Assembly (NCBI GenBank): GCA_950097015.1
Contig: CATNEN010000038.1
Location: forward strand, 13,516,001 to 13,580,000
Direction: 5' to 3'
Length of the DNA stretch: 64,000 bases
Source: Macrostomum hystrix
Taxonomy: Eukaryota > Animalia > Platyhelminthes
Numbering within the stretch: the first letter of the stretch is position 1; each line of letters begins with the position of its first letter. Below the pieces are notes generated by a model, which was not told the origin of the DNA, ran no database searches, and saw nothing but the letters and a program-made list of their open reading frames with translations. The translations under genes and the position numbers were made by a program. Below are positions 28,513 to 39,183 of the stretch, one piece after another.

Positions 28513-28964
28513 CGGAAACCATGCTATATAGTATTACATTAACAGAGACCAGTCGCGATAAAGTCCCCATTTTGAACATGATTCGAATGTATCAATCATT
28601 GTACCATGACTACGTGGCTATCGGGCGGGCTGATATTCGATTATTTGTAATTATGTGCTAAAATTTAAGTTAATTATTGGCTTATCAAATTCTGAAAAGA
28701 GAAAATCGCGATGCAAAATACTTCTAGGATGTTCCGAGGTATCTTAGAATTATATAAACTATGAGTCTTTAATTATGAGTTAAAAATTTGTAATTCCTTC
28801 CCTGGATTAACCCATAGACAAGACTTGTTGACGACCAATTCATAAAATGCTTTAACCCACGCTTATTTATTTCTTTATGTTACGTGGCGCTCTGTTCCGG
28901 TTTAAATATAAATATATAAATTTAAGTATATTTCGCCTAACGGAATCCTCATTGACACGGCAAA

Positions 28965-28977
28965 GTGGCATAGCAAC
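28965..28977 (+). promoter_or_regulatory. RFX X-box-like motif about 100 bp upstream of the coiled-coil gene ATG
   Basis: GTGGCATAGCAAC, with a perfect RGCAAC half-site, at a typical X-box distance from ATG 29078. Confidence 0.4.
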
Positions 28978-29077
28978 TGCGGTCGCGCACACCTACAGCG
29001 TTTGAGTTGGCGCCGACGGTTGCGGCGAAAACAACTAATATAACCCAAAACCTAGTTTACACATCGAATTGTATTTT

Positions 29078-32000
29078 ATGGCGCATCAGGAGGAAAGGTA
29101 AATGTTTTATATGGTTTGGCTTCCTTGCGATGTATATCTAAGGGTCCTCTAAGGACATCAGAGAATCATCCCTCTATGACAGGGATGGGTAACCTCAACG
29201 GCTACAGCGCGCCGGAGTGACAGTTTAGAAGACAGGAGATGTGTGACACTAGAATTTGTCTCCAGTCCTCCACACATTAAGAATCATACATGCCCTTCAA
29301 AAGAATTCCTTCAAGTCAATTCAGTATGAAAATCATCCCTTTATCTGAGTCGCACGGTAGCTGGGTTTCAAGAATCGTCCCTACGCATTCCCAGCCTCTG
29401 CAAACTAATTAGATGACGGAAATAATTAAACAGACCGTCGAAGAAGCGACCGGATGCACCACCCAGCAAGCTGCCGCAAATTGAGTGCCCGCCGTGCATC
29501 CTCCGCGGCTCCTGCCTTCCAGTCTGCGGCGTCCAGTTAGCAGTGTCGGAAAATCATGGAACTTCTCAGAAGCATCGAGAGCGTAGGAAGTCTGACGCTG
29601 TTCGACAAAATCGAGCTAGCCTGCTGCGCAAACAGCAGCAGCAGCAGCACAGACACGAAGGCACCGCAGAACACATGATTTTAGCTCAGAGCAGCAGCGA
29701 CAGCGACGGAGACACCGACGATGACAGTCTGGAAGCTCACATCAATCCAACAGAGGAGGACATTAACCTGGCTCAGAAGGTGTCTCCAATGCGCGCAGCG
29801 ACTCGTAGGACGTCCGTGGACCAGGACAAGGTTGCGATGCCTGCATTAATCTGGCAGATGTTCTGATAACTAAATACAAAAAAATCATTTTCTCTTACTC
29901 TTATTTCAGATGCGGGAATCTACAGAAGCTTTACCAAGGTAAATGCTGAAAAAAATTAGTAAGCCTGATTTTATAAATTGGCAGTTTCAAGGAACTGCGA
30001 TCTCAGAACTGTTGTCTGTCACTTCGTCTAACTGGTCACTATCTCTTTACGTAATTGGTCACTCTCTCCTTCTATACTCGTATGGTCACTTTCTCTTCCC
30101 CTAAATGGTCACTCTCTCTTCCCATATTTGGCTATTCTCTCTTCCCCTATTTAGTCACTCTCCCCCTAATTGATCACTCTCTTCCCCTATTTAGTCACTC
30201 TCTTCCCCTACTTGGTTACTCTCTTCCCCTATTTTGTCACTCTCTTTTCCCGTCATTGGTCACTTTCTCTTCCCCTCATCAGCCACTCCCTGCAAATAAG
30301 AAAATCGAAACAGTGCTATTAAAAATTATTAAGACATTTGTCTTCCACAGCCTACTCACAGTACCTAGGTGCGGCACTGTCTGATGCAGAATGTGGAATA
30401 AGACTCAAACAGTATTTGCAGAGTCGATTTTTTTATAAAACTAGCAGATCCCAGCTGGATTTTTCCGGAGCCGTATCCTCAGAAGCCGCCGCTGACAACA
30501 CCAAAGTCACTGACTCCCGAGACAGCAGCATCGGCCTTAATTTCGATCTTCGGCGACTGCGCGAACACCTTGAAGAAACTGACCGGCTGAGGGCCAGGCT
30601 GAAGAAAGAAATTGCCAAGTTGGCCGGACTGATGTCCAGGCTGCCAGATGACTCCGCCACTAGAACACTGAGACCCGAACTGGATGACAGCGTTGAGCAG
30701 GCGCGGAAAGTCACCCAGCCAGCTAATCGGCAGGTGGGAAAATGTGATGCTGACATACAGACAGACGAAGCTTTGCAGGAACTGCCACCGCCGCCATTGC
30801 CGAAACCGGAAATGGTTGAGGAGGTTCGATTTTTATTCGCTTAGATTATTATACTCGTAAAACTGTTAATTTAGATTAAAAATAAATTGTGAATATTTTC
30901 ACTCCAACACTCCGATCGACCACCCCATTCTTAACCGTGCCAAGCTGACCTTCCTCAGCCCCGCTCCACCACCCCATTCCTAACCCGTCCCAGTTGACCC
31001 TCTTCAGCCCCGCTCCACCACCCCATTCCTAACCCGTCCCAGATGACCCTCCTCAGCTCAGCTCCACCACCCCATTCCTAACCCTGCCAAGTTGACCCTC
31101 CTCAGCCCCGCGCCACCACCCCATTCCTAACCCTGCCCAGTTGACCCTCCTCACCCTAATAATAACAATAATATTAATTGCAGGAGGGCTGCGGGCAGTG
31201 GCACATCATTTAGTGACACTAGACCCTCAGCCAGTGAGGAGGCAATTCTGCCCATTTCGCTGACTCCTGAGCACGAAACAGATACTGTTTACACTGTGTA
31301 CACACGCACACAGATACTGTACGCAGGCACACACTCACACAGGTGTGTACATCTGCCCCGATTTTCCCATCGTCAGTAAGTGTACACTCTCACTGTGACT
31401 TGGAGGTTGGCCCTCAAGGGCGTAAATTGCACGACAAGCCCTCAAGCCTTCTCTCCGCGGCTGCGTCCCTAATGGAACTTAGGGACCGTGGTGCGAGAGT
31501 CAAACGCGATAACCGCTCTGCCACCGACCCCGACCCTCCTCAGCCTTGCTCCAACACTTTATTCCTAACCCCACAAAGTTGACCCTCCTCATCCCCGCTC
31601 CGCCACTTCATTTCTAATCCCGCCCAGTTGACCATCCCCACCCCAGCTCCGCAACTTCATTCAAATTACCAAATATTTTTTGCCACATTGAAAATAAAAC
31701 TGCCCAATAAGGCGGAAGGCCAATATTGCCAATTTCGCATTTCTTCATGTGGAATAATCCCAGTTTGACTGATTTACTTAGGCAACGCAGTGCATACTTT
31801 CTAACCTGTTGGATGAGCGAGAGCTGCAGCAGCAGCAACAGCAGCAGGTGCGTCGCGAGCAGGCCCTATTGGTCCGCCTGGAGTCAGCAGCGGATGAGTG
31901 CGCCCGCCTGCGTCAGGACCGCGAGACCAGCCGGCGAGAGTTGGAGGCCGCCAAATTCAATTGGCGAATGGCTGATGCCGAGGTGCAGGAGAGGCGGGCC

Positions 32001-34877
32001 GATCTGCAGTTGGCGAGGCGTGAAGTCCTGGCCAGGGAGGAGCGGCTGCAGAGCGCGCTGGCTGAGCAGGTTAGGGCCAGGATGGATGCAGAGGGTCAGG
32101 ATGGAGGCAGAGGGTCAGGATAGAGAGAGACGGTCAGGATAGAGAGAGACGGTCAGGATAGAGAGAGACGGTCAGGATAGAGAGAGACGGTCAGGATAGA
32201 GAGAGACGGTCAGGATAGAGAGAGACGGTCAGGATAGAGAGAGACGGTCAGGATGGAGAGAGACGGTCAGGATAGAGAGGGACGGGCAGGATAGAGAGAG
32301 ACGGTCAGGATAGAGAGAGACGGTCAGGATAGAGAGAGACGGTCAGGATAGAGAGAGACGGTCAGGATAGAGAGAGACGGTCAGGATAGAGACAGACGGT
32401 CAGGATAGAGAGAGACGGTCAGGATAGAGAGAGACGGTCAGGATAGAGGAGACGGTCAGGATGAAGGCAGACGGTCATGATGGAGAGAGATGGTCAGACG
32501 GATGCAGAGGGTCAGGATGGAGGCAGAGGGTCACCGGAGTGGAGGCGGGGGTCAAGTTAGTTAGATAAAGTTCTCATTGTGCAACCGTACAGGAGCGCGC
32601 TGAGAAGGAGGTGGGCAACCTACGCAGCCAGCTGTCCGATCTGCGCCGCCAGTTGGACTCGGCCGAGAACAGCTGCCAAGCTGAGCTGGCCCGCAACCGG
32701 CGCTACCGCACCCAGCTGGTGAGTCTGGAGGCCCAGCTGAACAGTCGGATGCACGAGCTGACGGCCGTCACCAATGCGCTGATTGAGAAACGTCGCTCCG
32801 AAGACGAGCTTGTGTCTCGAGTGCAGCAGTTGCAGCGCTCGCTATCCAGCTCGGAGGAAACAATCACGCGACTCACCGGACAGCTGGCTGAGCTGCAGGC
32901 GAATCTGCAGAGAGAAGTTCAGCGACGGCCGCAACCGCAACCACCACCGCAACCACAACCGCAGCTGCAGCCGCAGCCTCAACTGCCATCCTCACCGCCA
33001 CTTTTATCAACAGTCAAGGAGGAAGAGAGCCCTCGAGCCACCGTTGAAGCGGCTCCAAATGCTGCCGCAAATGGTGATTTGCTAGCTCAGCGAATGGCCG
33101 AATTGGACGCTAGGATTAACAGGCTGACGGCTGAGGCCAGAGACTGGCGTGGCTGGCGACCGGCTGAACAGCTGCAGAATTCCAGGTATATGCTCAGATG
33201 TAGGACTATTATGGCGTGCCGGCAAAGGTTATAATAGAGGTTCCTATTTTATGGAGTTGCGTGGTGGAGCTGGGGTGAGGACTTGGCAGGGTTAGGAATG
33301 AAGTGGTGGAGCTGTAGTGAGGAGGGTCAACTTGGCAGTTTAGGAATGGGGTGGTGGAGCTGGGGTGAGAGGGTCAACTTGGCAGGTTAGGAATGGGCTG
33401 GTGGAGCTGGGGTGAGGAGGGTCAACTTGGAAGTGTTAGGAATGGGGTGGTGGAGCTGGGGTGAGGAGGTTCAACTTGGCAGGTTAGGAATGGGGTGGTG
33501 GAGCTGGGGTGAGGAGGGTCAACTTGGCAGTGTTAGGAATGGGGTGGTGGAGCTGGGTTGTTGAATTTTTTATCTATGATCATATTTGGTTTTCTAGGCT
33601 AAAAGACGGTGTCACCAGTGAACAAGAGCAGCGGCCTGCCCAATCGGAATTCGAGCACAGTACCGGAGCTGTTGCCACGTCGACTCCGCGCAGCCCGGCA
33701 GCCGCTGACTCGACAACATTCATCGTCTCTGCGGCTGCTGATGACGAAGACGTTGAGTCCCTGTTGCGTCGAACAGGCAGTTTGGAGACCAGCAACTGGC
33801 AGCTAGCAAATGACGTCCAGGCGTTGCGGTCGCTGTGCGCCGAGCTACTGCAGTCGCGGCGGAAGCTGAAAAATCAGCTGGCTATTGCTAAGGCGAGACC
33901 GATTCTTCTGCTCAATGACTTCCATGATCCATTTTTCCACCATATGAGCCCATGATCCTTTGAGCCCATGATCCTATGAGCTCATGATCCTATGAGCTTA
34001 TAATCCTACGAGCCTATGATCCTATGAGCCCATGATCCTATGAGCCTATGATTCTATGAGCTTATGATCCTATGAGTCCATGATCCTTTGAGCCCATGAT
34101 CCTATGAGCCCATGATCCTATGAGCCTATGATTCTATGAGCTTATGATCCTATGAGTCCATGATCTTATGAGCTATGATTCATATTTAACAGGCAGCAGG
34201 CCAGACAGCTGGTCCATCAGCCACAGCAGTGACACCTGAAAATAGAACTCAGCAGCAACAGCAACAGCAGCAGCAGCAGCTACCACAGTGCGAACTATCT
34301 GACTATCTATTCGAGACAGAGACTCTTCGCGCCATGATTCAGAAGCACATGCGAGATTTGCAACGGGGTGGTCAACAGTTTCATCTAGAGTCCAGGTAGC
34401 TTTGAGGATTCCAGAAGTAGGGTAGGGAATCGCTGGGTTCCTATCCATTAGAATTTTGTTGCATCCTGATAATAGACTATTCGAATATGCACGAGCTATT
34501 AGGTGTCATTTCTATCTATCAAACTCATTTTCAGCAAGTCACAGCAGCAGCAGTCGCAGCCTTCGATGTCACCAAGCGAGTCGTTGCGAGCGCAGCAGGA
34601 GGCCGTTGACAGAGCATTCCGGGCTCTGGAGTGCAGCTACAAAAGCCAGCCTGGCAGTAGCGGCGGCATATTCGCCTATCGCGACTTCTATGTGAAGCGC
34701 GCCAATGCCGCAGCAGAAGGCGCTGGAGCTGGCGCCTCCGCTGCAGTGCTGGACGACATGCGGCGACATCCTGTGGGTGCCACAATTAGCAGCCTCTGTC
34801 AGTGCCGTCATGCCGAGCACTGTCCGCTGACAGAAGCTGCTGGCGAATCCGAGGGGCTTGGCAAGAAGCTTGGATAA
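29078..34877 (+). CDS. Uncharacterised long coiled-coil protein, possibly centrosomal or ciliary
   Basis: Exons 29078-29097, 29434-29830, (29910-29938 uncertain), about 30351/30362-30823, 31782-32069, 32593-33185, 33598-33892 (GC donor), 34193-34287, 34535-34877. Phases agree except around 29830-30362. Heptad-rich segments such as LRSQLSDLRRQLDSAENSCQAELARNRRYRTQLVSLEAQL, plus polyQ tracts. Confidence 0.75.
30030..30280. repeat. Degenerate ~22-bp intronic repeat (GGTCACTCTCTTCCCCTATTT)
   Basis: About 10 diverged copies. Confidence 0.75.
30920..31665. repeat. ~49-bp C-rich minisatellite (CCACCACCCCATTCCTAACCCTGCCAAGTTGACCCTCCTCAGCCCCGCT) interrupted by a SINE
   Basis: Copies at 30920-31157 and 31528-31665; reverse complement of the array at 33262-33558. 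Confidence 0.88.
31158..31525 (-). mobile_element. tRNA-derived SINE, family A
   Basis: Minus-strand head GTGGCAGAGCGGTTATCGCG, body shared with 36430-36778 and 50512-50855, (ATT)n-like tail at 31158-31180. Confidence 0.85.
32090..32520. repeat. 19-bp purine-rich intronic minisatellite (GGTCAGGATAGAGAGAGAC)
   Basis: About 20 copies starting about 20 nt after the donor at 32070. Confidence 0.95.
33262..33558. repeat. ~49-bp G-rich minisatellite, inverted copy of the 30920-31665 family
   Basis: TTAGGAATGGGGTGGTGGAGCTGGGGTGAGGAGGGTCAACTTGGCAG, about 6 copies. Confidence 0.92.
33940..34178. repeat. 16-bp intronic minisatellite (ATGATCCTATGAGCCY)
   Basis: About 15 copies ending about 15 nt before the acceptor at 34192. 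Confidence 0.93.
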
Positions 34878-36429
34878 TACTTGGCGATGGCTTCCTTGAC
34901 GGGTCAAGTGACAGGTTGGCCTTCCCGTTGATTGACAGATTGTGTGTCGAGTCAGTTCAAAGAATTTGACGCGTCAAGTGAGAGGCAGTAAGCCGTTTTG
35001 ATTTAGATTTCGCTAATATCATTAAGAAAAAATATAATTTACCAAAGCTTAGATTGGCTGCGGTTTGGCGTCGCATATTAAGTACAGAGCTCACACCGCT
35101 GCTCATGATTTGATTTCAGAGAACTCGCTTGTCGAATTGACCTGTTGGCATAAAACGCTTTGATTCGATGCGTTCTTTTTGATTTTCTGAACAAAGCCTT
35201 TACCAGACTACCCCAGACTACCTAATCTCCCACTTATTTGTAATACGCTCCTTAATCTGGTAGAGAGATTACGAGTAGAAATGCTGAAACTCAAGAGAGA
35301 ATCAGTAGCTCCCTAAATTCGTGACTGATAATTTGTAACTTTATAATATGGTTTTTATAAATATTATTTATAGTTCATTTTAAGTTTGACAGTAAAATAT
35401 ATTTAGATTTTTAAACAGGTTTCAGGAACTCTTGCTTGTTTGAATTCATAGTAGTCCATTTCTGAGCAGATAAATGACTCAAAAATCTATAAATACGTGC
35501 GCAATTACAAGCCAAGGCTCAGTTGGCCTTATATGAATCGAGTTAGTAAAACTCCTTTCTTAGCAGCAAGCAAGCAAGCTGCAGAGCTAAGTTGCTTGAA
35601 TCGATGGTGGAAGATTAGTCGGACCGAAGTCTCAAAGTCTTCGAAGAAAGGAAGTTGAAATGAAGGATTTCAGCATCCGCTAAGGTTTTGAACGCGTCAA
35701 TTTGCTCGTGTCGATTCATCAACGGATGCTCAGCAGTCTGAGAATGCCAAAGTCGAGTGTCAGACCAGTCGTCATTGTCAACAAGACTTCAAACACCTGA
35801 GCCACCTGAGCTCCGCCCCCACAGAGGCGGAGGCTGAAACTCCGGACACGACCAACTGCTCAGGTGACACAACGAACTACGGCGGCGATCGAGAATGCCA
35901 GAAGCTCACGCGAAGCTTGAATTCGCTAACGAAGACTCAGCCGAAGCTCCTGGGTGTATGCCAAGCTTCTCGCTGTCTCCTAAGATAAAACGGACATGCA
36001 TCGAGCGGCAGGCTAACATGCAGGCTTCAATAGCTGACGCAACCGAGGTGCGCCCGAGGGGAATCAATGTACATGTATTTTTTTTAATAGTTTGTGTGCG
36101 GGAAGTACTCGTATTATATGAGTATTATTTATATTAATGGGTTCGTAGTACTAACAAATTATTAGCCTGCAAAGAGACAATTCTCTCCATTTTTGTAGTC
36201 TGAGTACTATACCACTCAGGATTAGTACGCTGAAAAACTCAGTCTGATTTTCTAGTTCCTCTAGCTAGAGAAACTGGTAGCGACGTGGTTTAATCTTCGC
36301 ATGGCGTAGGCCAAGACTCAGGACGTGAGGTTAAACTATAGAGACGAGCGAATCTCTGCTCAGGTGAAGAGCTTACACTTTCAGCACAATTCTATCTGTT
36401 TGGATATGCTGCCTTATGGTCTAATTTCA

Positions 36430-36778
36430 GTGGCGTCAGTGTCAGAGCGGTTAGCGCGTTTGCCTCACGCGCCAAGGCCCCTGAGCTCGATTCCGCGGCA
36501 TGGCCGATTGGGGCGCAGCCGCAGAAAGAAGGCTTGGGGACTTGTCGTGCAGCTTACCCTCGAGGCCCAACTTCCAATGCACAGTGATCGGTTGTACACT
36601 GCCTGACGATGAGAAAGTTAGGGTAGATGTACACACCTGTGCGAGCATGTACCTACGTACTTTATCTGTGTGCGTGTGTGCTCAGGAGTCAGCGAAATGG
36701 ACCGAATTACCTCCTCGCTGGCTGCGGGTCTAGTGCGACCAAATGATGTGCCATTGTCTGCAGCCCTCCCACAATTAT
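36430..36778 (+). mobile_element. tRNA(Val)-derived SINE, family A, full length
   Basis: A box GTGTCAGAGCGGTTA, Val-like arm CGTTTGCCTCACGCG (CAC anticodon), B-box-like GAGCTCGATTCC, conserved body and 3' structured end ...CAGCCCTCCCACAATTAT. Confidence 0.85.
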
Positions 36779-36986
36779 ACATTTTAAATATACGGTCTAA
36801 TTTCCAGACGCATCATAGATAAGAATCTCTTCTCTGTAGCTGGCTTACATACATAGTTCTAAATGCATGCAGAACTTAAAGACTAAGGTCGTTAGATCCT
36901 TTCTACTTACAACATCTCCCCATCAAATATTACGATTAATATTAATATTAATATATCAAATATACTCGTACGTTTGACTATTGCAG

Positions 36987-37209
36987 GTTCGCTCTGAGAA
37001 AGAGGTGGTCCGATCTGCGCCGCCAGTTGGACTCGGCCGAGAACAGCTGCCAAGCTGAGCTGGCCCGCAACCGGCGCTACCGCACCCAGCTGGTGAGTCT
37101 GGAGGCCCAGCTGGACAGTCGGATGCACGAGCTGACGGCCGTCACCAATGCGCTGATTGAGAAACGTCGCTTCGAAGACGAACTTGTGTCTCGAGTGCAG
37201 CAGTTGCAG
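36987..37209 (+). pseudogene. Partial duplicate of coiled-coil exon 32593-32836 with a 20-bp frameshifting deletion
   Basis: Near-identical to 32593-32836 (TCCGATCTGCGCCGCCAGTTGGACTCGGCCGAG...GTGCAGCAGTTGCAG) but lacks GCAACCTACGCAGCCAGCTG; has its own TTGCAG acceptor. Confidence 0.85.
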
Positions 37210-39183
37210 TTCTGACTCTTTGTAGTGTCCTTTGGAAGCTAGAAGCGATAGTAACCGTCATCCATTTATTGTTCTTCCTGACCCAACGGAATGAGACTGA
37301 AATGTGATTCAATGATTACGGAATGACTTACGTTCTTGACGTCATATTCTAGTTTGCTGTCGTTAGCATCTTTTGTGCATTAAGACATGCCAAGAAAGCG
37401 TACTATTTACATAAAAAGTCTCTGCATGCTTCGCTATTAGTCGCTTGCAGCAACTTGTATTGCTTAATTGTATGCTTTAAAAAATATTTTATGCTGGTGA
37501 AATAAAAAACCATTAGCACTATATACATATTTCTTTATTTGGTGCCATGTTGCTTAGACAAGGGGTATGAAATCTCGATGTTAAACCCATTTGAATGTTT
37601 TATTCATCTGTCACTACTTGTCATTCAAAGTTACGGTGCTCTGTAACAGCCGTAGATACGACTCATATATACATTATATAGTCAATCGACGTCAATTCAG
37701 TAGACGAAGGTTTACATTATGATTTCAATGTCTAAGAACCTGAAAAGCCTGCTTACGCAGGAGATCAATTCGCCAGGGTCGAGAGTCCAGCATCAGCCAT
37801 CAGCAGGTATAATAGCTCAGTGCTCTCGACTGAGTGCGCCAGAGTGGCCCTGCATAAAGAGCAACAGCATGACAGCTGTAGGCTAGAGGCTTTAAGCATA
37901 TGCTGGATCATATGACCAGCCAGCTGCAGGCGACGGGTACGCACTGGCTTAGCCAGTAGAGCTAAGGTTGGCGATACAGGTAGCCGTTAGACGATGCGAC
38001 TCCTGCCGTGGCTGTCACTACCTTAGCTTACTAAGCAGGAATTAAGCTTGACAACCTGACAGCAGCAAAGTTATGTCCGCGTCCGCACGTACGAGCTAGC
38101 TTAAGTTTAGAGCTCTTCTAACGCGAGGTTCACCCAGTTTAAGTGAGCTACTGTCACTTCACGTTTTTTTGTTTCTCACTCTTTTGCAGAGTAAGAAGTC
38201 ATTGAAACTCAATGAAACTTGAGTCGTCAGCGTAGAAATGTGCGCAGCATTCAGTTCATGTCTAAAGATTAATAAGTATAGAGCTATAGAGAGGAATTCC
38301 CTCGCAGCACACCATGCAAATAGATAGACTGGTGGATTAGAAATTCTTCAACGATTCTCTTGTTGCTGTTGTTGTTCACTTTCACTCTGTTGTTCACTTG
38401 TGCCAAATTTGGATCACACTGGCCCCTTCGCGGCCCGCACCCATTCTAGTCCCGCTGCAGGAACGTGTATAGTAGCATAGGCTGCAGACGTGTTTTAGAA
38501 CCTCAAAGTTTTACTTTTTTTTCAACGCCTCACATTACTGGGATTCCAAAATACTTCTTAAATCTCTTCACGTAACTCGTACACTAACATACGACTGCGA
38601 GGCCAAGATATCGTAGCAAGATGCTCCAATGGTAACAATGTCCTTTAAACTTAGATAAAAAATATTGCAAACAACTAGCACATGGTGATTTATTCAACTT
38701 AAAAAAAATAAAGTTAGGGAAATTTACGTATGCAATAATTAACAAACAAACGAAAATTGTTGTAACGTTAAAGGCGTTCGTGGCAACAATTTAACTTTTT
38801 GTCGTTTCCAGTCAATTTTAGTAAGATCATTTTTTCTCCTGCATGCAGATGCAGACTTCGTGTTAAACAGCACAGTGCATAAATATCGACTGATTAAGCT
38901 TTATAAAAATCGGCACGAGGCGAGCTAAGGCTAGAGTGAATATTTTTAAGTCTGACTAGCTATTTGCAGAGCCTGTATTAAAAAGTATAAAATAATATAT
39001 ATAGACGACACCATACAGCATACTGTTTTTTAGAAGATACAAACATATGCATAGCTAGTTTTTTAAGTCTTTCCATTTCACTCTGCGACAGTGAATAATT
39101 TGCTAGTATTTAGTGTGAGTGGCACTTCTCAGGTATATTAGTTATTACTAAGGTCTTACTCTGCTTATAAAAAATAAATAACA

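Noticed and set aside
36595-36640. Hammerhead-like CTGANGA...GAAA in SINE family A
   Set aside because: Only 3 nt between CUGANGA and GAAA (no stem II), no stem III or UH placed before the stem I partner, and GAAA is not kept in all copies.
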